A DNA stretch of 64,000 bases from contig OX597817.1 in NCBI GenBank assembly GCA_951406725.2, forward strand, positions 121,396,001-121,460,000, read 5' to 3'. Shown here piece after piece: positions 13,494 through 27,686 of the stretch. The notes under the pieces were generated by a model that saw nothing but the letters and a program-made list of their open reading frames with translations, searched no databases and had not been told where the DNA came from. This DNA is from Octopus vulgaris (Eukaryota). The position numbers and the translations under genes were made by a program. Within the stretch, counting starts at the first letter, position 1, and every line of letters begins with the position of its first letter.

Positions 13494-13545
13494 GTCTTAC
13501 AGCTGTTTCCAGGATATTAATTAATAATATCCCTTCATCGGAGAC
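13494..13545 (-). ncRNA. Minimal type I hammerhead ribozyme motif (Penelope-like element type)
   Basis: Minus strand: GTCT-CCGATGA-A-GGGATATT-ATTAATT-AATATCCT-G-GAAAC-AGCT-GTA-AGAC. Stem I GTCT/AGAC, 8-bp stem II, GAAA core, GUA cleavage triplet, palindromic ACAGCTGT stem/loop III; core reads CCGAUGA rather than CUGAUGA. Confidence 0.75.
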
Positions 13546-13639
13546 GGTGTGAGAGGAAAAATTAAGTCATAGTTAGTTTTGATGTGATACAAAATAGAGA
13601 GTAAGGTGGAGGAAAGAAAATAGATGTAAGATATGTATG

Positions 13640-13701
<62 letters not shown>

Positions 13702-16700
13702 CACGCACACATACACACGCACACACATACACAAACACACACGGACACACACATTTATATATGCAGGGAGAGTGAGAGAGCGGGGATAGAATATTGTTAG
13801 CCAGTAATAATGTTGTGTTGGCGAATAATTTTTCCTTAATCAAGCGGATGAACATTTTGTAGCTCTGGTTTGGATATTTGTTTGGATAAAAAACATCGTC
13901 CCAGATATGTAAACAGAACAAAGATGAAAAACCGTCTTTTCAAAAGCTGTGCCGGTGTTCACTGGGAAGAGAATCATACTCAATAGCATGATTTGCATGA
14001 TTATAACTCTTTACATAAAGTGTTTAAAAGCTCAAAAGATTGAATGCGTGAGTGATAGATGAATAGTGTAATGGAGAAAAGAATGCCAAGGATGATTGAG
14101 ATGTTGCATTGTTATTTAACTTCAAGTGAGATCAAATTGACCTATAATCAAATGTATCCATATTATGTTTATTTCGTACTCTTTTCAGCAATAGTGTGTT
14201 CAGGGCTACTTAACATATGCTCATCTTTTTTAAAAAAAGCAGTAAGATTGATAGGTGATTGTGAATATGTAGATATATGGTGAGACAAGTTGAGCAAAGA
14301 AAGAATTTGGGCGATGTGCGTTGTGTTTGTGTTTCTGCCTGAATTTTGAAGCAAACTAGAAGAGAATTGATGTTATAAAGAAAATAATGTAATTTTTGTT
14401 TAGTAAGGGGGTTGTGGTTCAAATCATGATTGAACAGATGGCTCCTGATCTTGGGGATGACAGGAGGAGAATTAACAGAGATTGATTCTTTCTCTTTATA
14501 ACTATGAGTATGAAAGATAACACATTGAGGTTATTCGAGTAGTAATTAGAGGAAGCAATATTTGCATAGAAAATACGAGAAAGAGAGAATGAGAGAAGGA
14601 GAGACGAAGAGATAGAGAAATATCGAAGACTAGGTAAGCTGAGATTGAAGCAGGAAGATTGTGGATGGGGCATAAAAAAGAGAAGAAAATTAACAATAGA
14701 ATTTAGCAGAGTAATTTTTCGAAAAGACTATCAATTTTCTAAAAATCTATGATCAATGTTAAAGAAATACAACTTACTAGCACTAGGGAAACATTTATAA
14801 AACCAGAATTTTCAAAAAGAAATGTATATCTTAATAAGCCAATACACACTTCTCCCTGACTCAGTTGTAAAATGGTAAATTTAGCATCAGGTGTGTGGCA
14901 TTTACGAGTGAAGTCATAAAAAAACAATAGTCACATAGATTTAGTAAAAACAACAAAGTTTACAGATAGAATTAACAAGAAAGACAACGAATTTGAGAAT
15001 ATGAAACACATATACTTTTATTTTAAAGTGGTAATACTTTTAAAGTAAGAATACTAGCTTCTGAGAAGCTTCTAGCAGAGAGTCAGTATCATAGATTGAA
15101 TGGAATATCAAAAGTAGATATAAAGTTAATGGATTTTAAAGAATATTGGTTAAATGTTATTAATTCATTCAAAGACAAATCCTCCTTAATCCAACATATG
15201 TTTTCTTTTATCTCACAAGACTTTTTAAAATGATGACTATCAAGCTCTCAAACCATTGTACACCACTCTTCAGTATTATATATACAATATACTGATCACT
15301 TCAGCACATGACTGAATAGTTGTTTCAAAAATAAATATCATAAAGAAAACTAAGATATTATCTTTCTCACTAAATTAATTTAACAAATAGTATTCTGTAA
15401 AGTATTATATATTCTCATTTGAGTACCTGTCTAATTCCATTACGCAGAAGAAATTTCGACAATATATCTCTAATGGAGAATTTCATTGAAATGAAAACCA
15501 GTAGATTGTCAGAATCAGACAGAGCTTCAGAAAAATGCACTGCGAAATTTAGATTTGCTTATTTACGTTCAAAGTTGAAATCCTACTTTGAAATTATATA
15601 AGTCAATATGTTACTTGGTTTTTGCATTTGGCTTACAAGATTCTTGACGTGAGTTCGTTTGTTGAGACAAATCTTATTGTGTGTTGCGAGGTCATTATGC
15701 CAATAATAAATACACCCAAGTACAAAGCAGTGAATATTTAGTTTCTAAAAATAAAACTTATATTAAACCCTTCTTAATATTTTATATAGATCAAAACTTT
15801 CAAAACTAATGTTTTCTTATTGTCGTTAAGATTTTAAATTTTATTATAGAAGTCATTCCATATTGACTACCAATAAAAGTGCGTATATCGTAAAAAAACT
15901 CTTGCTTTTATTTATAGCGTATTATGTCATTGGTTCCCTATTTGACATATCTCTTTTAATATATTCTAACAAACTAGTTCAAGACTCATCCAATTTAGAA
16001 AATAATACCCACAGAGAAATATAAGCAACCATAAATAATACAGCTACTAGCTTTTGAAAATTTACCAATAATGTCAGACTTCCTAAAGAAGCTAAAAGCA
16101 ATTTTTTTCATCGTGGATTCTGAATGCTATTTTCTCAATCTATGCAACATACTCTCAACCTCATATGAAATTATTATTGTGTAATATAAATGTTTCTGTC
16201 TCCTCTCTTCCTTATATTCCCCTTTCTCGACATTATAATAATTAGACAGTGGTGTTATTTGAGACAAATTTGCATGCAACAAGAACAAAACTAAATCATG
16301 AAGTGCAGCAAAGTTTAAACAACTAATGGAATACAAATATACATCATTATAACAAAGAACATTATTATTTATAACCTGAACCTGAAGCCAGTAGATGTAT
16401 CATATCTAGATTTTATTTATTTTTCTACTAACAGGAAGCCCAATAATGTTCATCAAAGCTAATTATTTTATACTGTCATATTAAGCAATTGGTATTCTTT
16501 ACAATATTACATATTCCCATTTGAGTGTCTACTTAATTTCATTAGTTAAAAGAAACTTCAATAGTATATGTCAAATGAGTATTTCGTGTCGCTTCTGTAA
16601 TTACATTTACAGCTGTAAGTATCAGTTTTAGTGGAGTTCGTTTTTATTTTAATTTGAAGCAAAGAAATGTAATTGCTCGATGGTAATCAAATTAAGATAT

Positions 16701-17324
16701 ATCATTAGAGTTTGGATTGAAGTAGTAATAGATATTTCAGAAAAAGACCTATAATATTTAAACTGTAAACTTTCTGACAGAGAGGATAATGAAATATAAC
16801 ATGTTTTTGATATACGTTATTAGTGGAATTTCTAAAGCTCTCCACAAATTCAGCTGTGAGGGTATTAATATTCACATGATTAATATTCATGATGTCTGCT
16901 TAGATATGAGAACATACAGGTATTCCAATTGTTATTAAAACATATGTGATAGGGGAAATCATATTCAAGTTGGAGAGAATACACTTGTCTGCAATGATTT
17001 TGCTTTCCTTAAGACGGTTTGTAATTAACTTGAGAGGTAATGATTCCACATATCAAATCTTTTGACTATCCCGTCAATCTTAGTCGTCAAACATTATAGG
17101 CCAGAATGCTTTACCAATTTTTGTCATTTTATGAAAATTATCGATGTTATTAATTCTTCACTTAAAACCATTCGCTTTATTTAAAATTGAACTAGTATCT
17201 TGCAGATATTTTTGAAAATGGAAGTCACGTTCATATCTTATAAAGCTTATACGCTAGAAGGAAGCTAGATATATACACTAGAGATTCCTTCAGAAATAAA
17301 GTGCAATGAATAAGTAGTCGCTCT

Positions 17325-17490
17325 ACACAATGAAAATAGCAGCCAAATTTCCCTTAGATCTTACTCCACTATCTTACAAAGGGAGAATTTATTGCATAAT
17401 GTGGTCCTAGATATATTTATTTGAAATAATCGTGGTTGGAAGTCTTCTGTCACAGATATACTCATTGGTACTAACTTGTGGGTAACCACG
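17325..17490. mobile_element. Old dispersed repeat, family D
   Basis: GAAAATAGCAGCCAAAT...ATAATGTGGTCCTAGATA block. Confidence 0.55.
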
Positions 17491-19389
17491 AACAGCCAAA
17501 ACGTATACAAAAGAAATTTGACGTCACTATTTTAGGGCGGCTTCAGCTTGAATAAGGTTAGAATTGTCAAAAGTTTAGTAAGCTGCTCTGTGGTTTAAAA
17601 TCTCAAGATCGTACGAAACAGATGGAAAATATGTCTCACTGTTTCGCCGAAAAGTAATGCATCTATTTGGTACTGAACGAATAAAACAATATCTAATAGA
17701 TATTCGGTCGAACAGTTGTGTGATTATACAAGTAATACGGGACAAATAGTAACGAATGGGATTCAGTAGTCTTAAATAATTTAAATTAAATCTTAGAGTT
17801 TCATCATGTCAGTTTCAATGCAATTTACATATACATTATATTGTCTAGAGTGACTGTTGAATTCAAATCTACTTTGAACATTACACGTTACTTCGAATCT
17901 ATACCGTTCTTTTGATAGATGTTGTAGAAAGAAGATGGGAATTATATTCTTAGAATTCACACCATGGAAATTGGTGACAAGTTTACTTAAATTATTCATT
18001 GAATAATTTTCAACACATTTTGATGGAAATTATTGCAGATTGCTCAAAATATCTGCTTGGAAGATATAACACTTAACACTAAGAGGAAATAGAAAGAAAA
18101 AAAAAACATTCTAAAAAAAATAAATACAATAACAAGGGAAAATAACAAGGTAATCAGGAAGTTAATTTTATTGGTGGAAGGTATACTTAATAGTATTACC
18201 TGAGGCTAGTTATTGTCCATAATAATAAACCTCATATATCAGTCAAATTACTTACAGTTTAGTGTTCGGTGGGGAAAATTCAATTGGCAGTTCTAGACAA
18301 TTTTATATTTAAGTTTTGAAGAGGTTTTGGCGCGAAGCCACTTTCAGAAAAAAAGCTAAAATTGCATCTCATTAATTCTATTTTATTTAATTACGTACTA
18401 GGAGCGAATTTCTGAAGACCGCGTCTATTAGAATGGCTCTTGAAATATACTGTAGTTAAGAAAAAACGAAAAATTCTAGAAGCATAAAATAAATGATCGA
18501 AAATGTATCTCCTTCAAAATTTTTCGAAAGAAATGTAAATGTATTTAGATATGGTATAAAACGACATTAGCAACTTCTTTGTTCTTCACATGCTTTCACA
18601 GAATAGTTTACGTTTTAGCGCATTACACTTTTTTTTGCAGCCAATAGGCTGTAGTCGTGCTGAGACAGCAGGTATTGAAACATTTTCAGTTGGCACATCA
18701 AGAGCTCAAATAAATACATTAATTTGCGTCAGAGAAAACATAAAGCAGTAGTTGTCAATAAATAGTATTCTTCTATTTTTACTTTCGAACATGCTGATAT
18801 CTTATTCATTGCTACTATGTTCAGTGTTGAACCATTATATTTTGTGCTAGCTATTTGGAGTAAGGAAGGCATAAACGTAGCGTTTGAGTTGGTCATAAAC
18901 AAAACTGCAACAACGGTAGCAGAATAAACATTTCTAATCGTCAGACCGTCTAGCAGCAACTAGAAACATTTTACTAGTAAGTCCATTTTAACAATATCTT
19001 AGAAGTTAAGCAAATTTTGAGGAGAAAATTTATATATCTTAGTAAAACCTGATTTTTCTGTCGTGTATTACGTGTAGTGTGAAACAAAAATAAATTTATT
19101 TATTAAAGAGGAAGAACACAGATATATAGAAAAAATACACGAGGAACGGAGCATCAGTTTGAAATCTCACAACCAACAAAAGATATTCTTACAACTGACA
19201 TGTATTTTATTTAAATGTGTAAAACATGGTTCAGTATTATTCACAAGATTCATGGTAGTTAAGATTCTGAAACAATTTCGAATTCTCTTTCTAGAAAATA
19301 AAATTGTAACTAAAATTGGTAGTCTAATGAAGATCAGAGCAAGATAGATGTGTATGTTATTGAGTCAACACCACAACATACACCTCTAT

Positions 19390-19820
19390 TGATTTTGCAA
19401 CTAACTAACTGCTGATTACACTTGATATGTAAAAAAGATGTCATAAATACACTTTTATACTAGATTTCAATTCATTAAAATGTACACGCATTGAAAGCAA
19501 AACAAGTATATGCAAAATAGCGTAATTCTCGTTTTCATTTGGAATAAAGAACACATACACCCACCCATCCACACACACACAGAGCTATTTTGCAATAAAA
19601 GACAAAAGTATAAAACTATACACAACACAATATGAAGTAGTCTTCAATATTCGTTATTCAAAATGAAATTGAAAATTACACCATTATGCATATTTGTTTT
19701 ACTACATTTTAATGAATAGAAAGCATACGTATAAACGTGTATTTGTGACATTATTTGATGCACCAACTATTAAAATTATCACTGTACTGTAATCAGCAAC
19801 TGGTGAGTTACAAAATTCAT
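19390..19820. repeat. Long inverted repeat (decayed MITE-like)
   Basis: Arms about 19390-19552 and 19649-19820: TGCTGATTACA/TGTAATCAGCA, ATGTCATAAATACAC/GTGTATTTGTGACAT, ATTCATTAAAATGTA/TACATTTTAATGAAT, TTTCATTTGGAATAA/TTATTCAAAATGAAA, in mirror order. Confidence 0.82.
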
Positions 19821-22299
19821 CTTAGCAGGAGTGCCAGAAAATGCTGAATGTCTGATTTGATAAGTTATTCCGCCATATAAGAAGTCTTTTAAAATTTGTC
19901 TTTTACATGAAATATTTTAATATACATTTACAATGTAGAATTGATATTCTCTCTACCTAGCTATTCATTAAACATGGTATGTTACTTTTCTTTTTATAAC
20001 ACCAAATTATAATTGTGAATACAGACATTTCTTTGTTATTTTATGAGTTAAAATAATATTCCAGTTATTTTTGTTATTTTCTTCATTCCATTTCTTCGAA
20101 TTCATTTCATAAATATATTTAATGCTTTCATACAAAACACAATTAATTTAAAATATACCAAATCTCAACTCTATGTTTCTTTTTCATTTTGTTGAAAATT
20201 AAATTTTAGAAATATGGGTCTCACCGAGAAGTCGCCAAATACATCAGCTGAAATTGATGTTAAGCAAGAACAATTCAGCTGTCATTTAATAAATATAACT
20301 AAATACGTTTTATACCACTGTCAATTTAACTTTATTAACTGTTCTTTTAATACTTATAAACTCGGCTTTTATACTCTGCTCTACATTTAAAATATTGACA
20401 GATTTATTTGATATGTTTCCTTTACCCAAACCAGCTAAAGTTTCAGTCACTCATATTAATGTTTTTGAATAAGCAATTTTATTTATGAAATGCAATAACA
20501 TGCTGAATATATTTATGTTGTTTTAGATATATATCTAAAGGGAAGTTAATTATTTTCGTCAATGTAAACGTGACATACTCGTAAAAACCTGATATGTTTT
20601 GTGCAGTTAAATTGACAACTATATAATTGTTATAATTGATGACATATCTACTAACAATTGAGAAGAAAACAAAGTTGTAATTAATTTCGATTTCCTTTCT
20701 TTATATAAATCGATATCATTTTACTAGTTTCTGGTAGTAGTCCGTGGCCATGCTGAGGTATGTCACACATGCATATTCACACTTACAAACAGACACAGAC
20801 AGACAGACACACAGATACACAGACACATACATACCCACATGTATATATATATATATATATGTGGTGATAAAATAAAAAGCACAAATATGAGGGAATAAAA
20901 CAAACAGAGTTTATTAGATTTACGCTCCTGAAAAATAGAAAGAAAAGTATTTTACGTTTCTGGCGTATGCTTTTCTACATAAAGGTATAGAAAAGAAGAG
21001 AAAAGATGGAGAAAAGAACAAACGTGTCTAAACTAGACGATCATCGCATTAGTAATTACGAAATTCACTTCACATTCCCATGGTTTCCGGTTCAATCTCA
21101 CTTCATAACCGGTGTAGGTCTCTTTAAAACCTCATAACTTAGCAGTTCGGTAAAATGAATATTTAAAACTAAGTACCATGCTTAAAACAATACTGGGATC
21201 TATCTGTCTGTCTGTCTGTCTGTCTCTCTCTTTCTATATACATATACATGAACACACACATGTACAGATACATACATATACACACAATAATATGGTTACA
21301 AGCAATGTCTACTGAGGTGACAGACACATACCAATATTTAAATTTTAGATCTTGTCACACATTTCCCATTAGAAGAAACATCTCATACAATGTGACCAGG
21401 AGTAAGGAGTATATGTTCAATAATTACGGATACAGACAAGAGAAATGATTGATAGAATTATATATATTCGCTCAAATAAAACGTTTCCAAAAGCATTAGT
21501 AAAACATGCCATAACCAAGACAAAATAGATCCTTCGCTCTGCCCTACAGAGAAGCCCTCATAACAAGAGCGAAGACCAAACACAAATATGTCTATTCTGT
21601 TTGTATTAACAACCAATAATCTTCGTGGGCCATAACATTTGCTTAACTAAACGATATTTTCCAATTCTACACTAATCATCAAATCTCATAAAAATAATTT
21701 GATTCACAAATTGTAAGTCGTGAAAAACAGCCACGAAACAATAAAGGACTTTTAACAAAGGCAAAATCGAGATTAAAGGAAGAAATAATTTAAGTACCAA
21801 ATTATGGAGACATTAGTTGTAGGAAGAGTGAAAGAAATGAACAGGGAATAACTAAAAGGTCAAGAATGGGAAGGAAATGAAAGTTAATTCAAATATGAAT
21901 TGTATAACAAAAAATCTCATTTACTGTATTACATACTCATATTGCAAAGAGAATTATATCGGCCAAATGGGATAAAAATTAATAAATCGGGTCAGAGTAC
22001 ATAAACAATAAATCAGACAGTCATTTCTTAGAAACGTTCCATGTAGCGAAAAATCTAGACAATTGTACAAATGGAAAATTCAAAATTTGCTCTTTAAATA
22101 AAAATGAAGGAAAAATGATCAACTACGAAATGCAAAATAAGAATACTTTATATGAGTTCTAAATCCTAAACGAAACAGAAAATAGGCAACACAAGTTCTA
22201 ATATAACGTCTCTATATGAATTACTCCATAACACGTGTATCTGAAAATCTGTGAACGGTGGAAAGGCTTACATACAATACAGAAACTGTTGATGATAGT

Positions 22300-22480
22300 G
22301 TTAGGTTGTTATTTAGCCTCAGGTCAGTATTGATTAAGCCTACCCATTATGAAAACATCAAGGCGTGACTTTTCGTTAATCTTTGTATGTCTTGGGTTAC
22401 GTTCTTGTGTTCTTAAGACTGCTGAGTATACTTTGAAGGAGATTTGGCTGATGTTCCTAACAGCTGGAGTTCCGCTTCAT
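22300..22480. mobile_element. Old dispersed repeat, family D
   Basis: TTGTTATTTAGCCTCAGGTCAG...GGAGATTTGGCTG; opposite orientation to 17325. Confidence 0.55.
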
Positions 22481-22510
22481 TGAATCACTATATATATTTT
22501 CATTGAATAA

Positions 22511-22747
22511 CTCTTTACTCTTTACTCTTTTACTCTTTATTTGTATCAGTCATTTGACTGCGGCCATGCCGGAGCACCGCCTTTAGTCGAACAAATCGAC
22601 CCCAGGACTTATTCTTTGTAAGCCTAGTACTAATTCTATCGGTCTCTTTTGCCGAACCGCTAAGTGACGGGGACATTAGCACACCAGCATCGGTTGTCAT
22701 GCGATGTTGGGGGACACACAGACACACAAACATATACACACACATAC

Positions 22748-22807
<60 letters not shown>

Positions 22808-22963
22808 ATATGTATATATATATATATATATACGACGGGCTTTTTCATACAAATCCCTCACAATATATAGCAGAAAACGACTTGCCCAAGGTGCCACTTT
22901 GGGACTGAACCCGGAACCATATGGTTGGTAAGCAAACTACTTACCACACAGCCACTCCTGCGC
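22511..22963 (-). mobile_element. SINE family B
   Basis: Head GGCGCAGGAGTGGCTGTGTGGTAAG, GGCACCTTGGGCAAGT, internal (TA)n, (GAGTAAA)n tail. Confidence 0.92.
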
Positions 22964-23344
22964 CAAACTAAATATATTTTCGATCAAGCAGGACTTATTA
23001 GCGTTCCTCAGTGTTCAACATCCTAACCTACTCTGGTAGGGTAAATTTTAAGAAATTTAATCCTGAGCTGAGCACTAAGGGCAATCCAGTACCATTCCAA
23101 CAACTCCATAGCACCATCTGAAACAACGTTATTTTAGCATTTAGCTTTCCGTTGGATTAAATAAGCCTTGTAGAGAAGAGGAAGTCCAATTCATGAGCAA
23201 CAGACTGCTCATCCCATATCATAGAAACTTGAACAGGCTGGCTTGACTCTAATATGCAGTGAAACTAATGGCGCAATCTTCATAAGATTTCTGGGATGAA
23301 AAAATAACAAATATGCTTTACATTTGATAAGGGAGGATGAATAA

Positions 23345-23634
23345 ATGATGTTGATGATGTCGATGAAGGGAACGACAATGCCAACAACATCAATAATAAC
23401 AATGATGATGTTTATCATAATGATTATGATGATGACGATGAGAATGACAACGACGACGACGATGACAGCGACGACGCGAATAACGATGTCGAAGAACATT
23501 AGAGCGATAACAATGACGAAGATGATTATGATGATATCTACAGTGGTAGCGATAGAGATCACGTAATGACATCAGCAATAATACTGAGGATGATGATGAT
23601 GATGATGATAATGATGATCATGATCATGATGATA

Positions 23635-23666
<32 letters not shown>

Positions 23667-23920
23667 AATGATGATGAACGATAATAATGATGATAATGAT
23701 GATAATGATGATGACGATGATGATGATGATGATAATGATGATGATGATAATGATCATGATGATGATGATCATCATGATCATGACGACGACAACGCAGCTG
23801 TTTGCTGTTGTTTCTAATCGTATCGATGATGATGATGATGATAATGGCAATGACGGTGAAGAAGATGATGGGAGATGATGTTGTCAGTGATGGTGATCAC
23901 AACGGCAACACGATAGTGAT
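23345..23920. repeat. (GAT)n/(GAC)n degenerate trinucleotide tract
   Basis: Directly visible; source of the poly-M/D/H/I ORFs. Confidence 0.93.
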
Positions 23921-24046
23921 CATACTGCTCTCACTCAGAACGTGTTTTCAAGTTGCTCAAGATACATTTACATCTCCTGAAGACTTTTTACGTATAAAGT
24001 TTTTATCTTTTATGTTTCTACATACGAACTACGTTGAACAGGCCAA

Positions 24047-24086
<40 letters not shown>

Positions 24087-24384
24087 CTGGGAGTCGGTTA
24101 CCTTATCTAGTATTTATGACGAATCTACTAGTAATAAACATAGACGTTTTATTATCAACAGAATTATCAGTGGTATTGGACTTCGAATTATCTAACAGAA
24201 CATCTGCTCAGTATTAATAAAGTTACTATAGCAACTATGCAGCTTCCTGTCGTGGCTTTTCAGCCATGATTCTGTGGACAATAAAAATAAATATATTGAT
24301 GTCAGCACCTCGAAAAATCGAAAAATAACAACGTTGGTTCATGGGAAATTTGGCTTTTTCTTTCTCTTTCTTTGTGTAGATGTC

Positions 24385-24860
24385 ATTATTATTATTATTG
24401 TTGTTGTTATTATTTTTATCTCACACTTGCAGAAGCAGAAATGGAAGATGCGTTAGATACTACTACTTATGACGTCGCTGCTGCCGCTGTTGCTGGTGTT
24501 TTCACTACTGCTAGTACTGTAACTACTACTGCTACTACTACTACTACGATCACCACCTCCCCTCCTCTTTCTCCACCTCCTCCTCCTCCACCTCATCCTT
24601 ATCCTCCACTATCTCCACTACCTCTTCCTCTTCTTCATCCTCCAACCTCCTCCCCCTCTCCAACCTCCTCTTCTTCTCCTTCCTCCTCCACCACCTCTTC
24701 CTCTTCTTCATCCTCTTCTTCATCCTCTTCTTCTCCCTCCCCCTCCTCCACCACCTCTTCCTCTTCTTCTTACTCCACCAACTTCTGTTTCTCTACCATC
24801 CCTCCTTCACCACCACCACCACCACCACCACCACCACCTCCTCCTCCTCCTCCTCCTCCT
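24385..24860. repeat. (TTA)/(CTA)/(CCT)/(CCA) compound trinucleotide tract
   Basis: Directly visible; source of the 168-aa P/S-rich ORF. Confidence 0.9.
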
Positions 24861-25934
24861 TTCAAATCGTATAACTAATGCATTCATAAGCCAAAGAAGA
24901 AGATGGAGACAAAGTCGGAGCGTTTTCGTGTTCACTGCACCTGCTTGAAATGTTAGCGAAATAATTCGTAAACCACATAGACTTACATTCTTATCAAGCA
25001 AAAGAAACATGAGTAGCAGTAGTTCTCGATAAAATATGTTTGGAAAATCATATAAAAACTAGATTGTCATATTTGAATTGTCTTTAGAAGCAGATATGCG
25101 CGATCGTGTTTGTTTTGGGAGTAATCACCACCACTAAACAACGAATGATATCAGTATTATTCATAATACCATACGGTATACGTTGAAATATGAAAACGTT
25201 AGGACTAAAAGGTTAGGTTAAAGAGAGCGCAAGAAGAGTTCCAATGATTTGAAAAACTACTGCTGCTGTTAATCATACTTAATCTTCCTTTGTCGTTAAA
25301 TTCCGATAGCACATATGATCCCAATTAAAAAGATTACTAACAATAGTATTGAAGGGCTGTTGATTAGTAGGATACTTTTGGGACTATGTTGTGGCTGTGG
25401 GTTGCCTTGATTTTGATTTTGCTCAGCTCTTTTTTTTTTTGCGTGTGTGTGGTTGTGATTGAACTCGGTGAAATGTGAATCGTCCAAAATCCCAGAAAAT
25501 TATCACTTCGCTGCTATGTTAAGAAGGTCGAGTGACCTGTAGGGTTCCTTTAGATCAGTGTTTGGAAAATTTTGAACTTTGTGACTAAGTATTATGTTTC
25601 AACAAATGGAGTAGAACTTTTGAGTTTGGGAAGACGTATATTTTAGTAGCACAGTATCAAGTTGAAAGATTGTAATGTAGCGTCATACGCACGAATGCTA
25701 CTTACAAGGCTGCCTTGTTTAAGGAGAAGCGATCCTTACGAAAATAACTCGCTGCACGCTGGGAAACAAAAGAAGCTTGCAGGCAGTTCAAATACTTGAA
25801 AATATTCTTTGTTTTTCTATTGGCTACGTTGTAGGCATTGCGATTGTACTTCAACCACTCGCCGGTGGCTATAGTAGGTGCTCTAGGTAGGATTCTTTGT
25901 GTGTGGATCTGTAAAGAATGCTTATTGATGAGCC

Positions 25935-26110
25935 AACAAGGAAACCTCTACATAGCTATTCTACTAGCTGGAAATAGCTGCCATCCCCCTCTCAAATCTT
26001 ATCTTGAATAAATAAAAAGATATATTAGTTAATGCAGTCCGACATACATTTGAAAACCTGCTTGCTCATATTTGGAACGCTTTTGATCAGAGCTGATCGC
26101 AAGTTAACAC
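25935..26110. mobile_element. Old dispersed repeat, family D
   Basis: CCTCTACATAGCT...GGAAATAGCTGCCA...TTTGATCAGAGCTGA blocks. Confidence 0.5.
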
Positions 26111-26179
26111 AAAGCCGTACTTCATATCTGAGGCTGTAGGTTTTGGTTCTGTGAGGTATATAGAGGGACATATCTCAGA

Positions 26180-26600
26180 ATGACCTGTCGGTCATTCCCT
26201 TAAATGTCGCAGATGGCTCGGAAATGGGGTGCATTTACTGTCAAAGAATATAGGTGTCTGAATTTTTACAAATTAATCGAATTGAAGAATCAAATGATTC
26301 AGAGGTTAGATGTTGAGCAGAAAGAAGATATGAGGCGTAATGACTTGATTATGCAATGGTCCGTTAATTTCCGATGACGGAGAAAATTAGCTGAGCGAAG
26401 GATGATTTAGGAGGTGAAAAGGAAATGAGGAGTATTTGAAGAGTTACTGCGTCGGCAAAGATCACAGATTGGTGAGGAGGTTAGTGGCGTAGGCTTGAGC
26501 GAATTGCGAATGCCAAGAGGTGCGGTGTACATTGGGTTTTCCGATGATGATAGCGTCAGTGAAAAGTGAAATGAAGTAGACGTCCTTGATATGAAATAAC
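26180..26600 (-). pseudogene. Decayed APE-type endonuclease fragment of a LINE
   Basis: Minus translation near 26500-26570 gives TDAIIIGKPNVHRTSWHS, resembling the IIIGDFNAHHxxW motif; higher GC than flanks; many stops. Confidence 0.45.
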
Positions 26601-27686
26601 AGATAAATCAATAAATACTTGTGGTTGCATACATTTAGACAACAGTATAGAAACAGGAGATAAACTGAGAGAAATACAGAAGACTCAGAGACAGTAAGAG
26701 TTTTGTTAGGAGAACTGAATAGTTGGTAAAGTGGTTGCTTCTATGCCTAAAAATCCCTTTCACAGGAAGTTGGAAAAATAGAGTATATCCTAGGCAACAG
26801 AGATGGGCTTGAGATTGAAAATTTTGTCTTAAGTAGATAAATGTAGTGCTTCGACTGCCAGTTGAAAGGTTGATTAATATCAATGTTCATGAAATTCAGA
26901 AGCTTTTGCCCAGGAACAACAAAAACGAAATCAAAGAGAAAAACAAAAAAAAAAAAAAACAAAGCAAAAAATCAAAAAACCCATATATATTTGTACAGAT
27001 AGGAGCAATGTGTTGTTCTTTCAATATCGGAATGGTTGTTTAAAGAGTGGGAAAAAAACAACCTATAAACATATAATACTACAGCGTTAAAATGATCCTG
27101 CTGAGAGATAATTAGAAAATATCTAGGAGACTATGTTTAAATTGTATCATGAGAAAACAGATGTGGGTACAAATTGATGAGGATTATGATGATGCTGACT
27201 ATAATGAGGATGACGAAAACGATGATGACATTGAAGGTGATGATGAGGAGATGATAGCAATGATGTTCTTAATATTAAAATATGCATGAAAATAACTTTG
27301 ATCTTGTTGATGGTGATGATGACGAAGAGAAAGAGATGATAATGATGCTGTTACTGGTGTTTTAGGAAGATAGGATGAGAAAGTAAGTGATATTTAGTAT
27401 AACTAAGACTGGTAAATGCGTAACTGATAAACTGATTCAAATATATTACTAGTTTGTAGCGGGTTTTAAATACTGCTACATCGTTTTATAAAAATGATAA
27501 TCACTTTTATATAAACTGTGGAGTCCATGTATTGAATTAATTTGATCATAACTATAGAATATCAAAGGATGGACATAGAAATTCTTAATAATTTACCTCT
27601 ATTTAACACAACTCACAAGTCATTTGGTGCTTTTTAGTAGATTTCACTCCATTTCAAGGATTCAGACAAACCAGGTCTTCAGTCTG

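Noticed and set aside
23209-23878. Poly-M/D/H/I ORFs
   Set aside because: (GAT)n artefacts, open in several frames.
24372-24878. 168-aa Pro/Ser/Thr-rich ORF
   Set aside because: Built entirely from trinucleotide microsatellites, with no non-repetitive domain.
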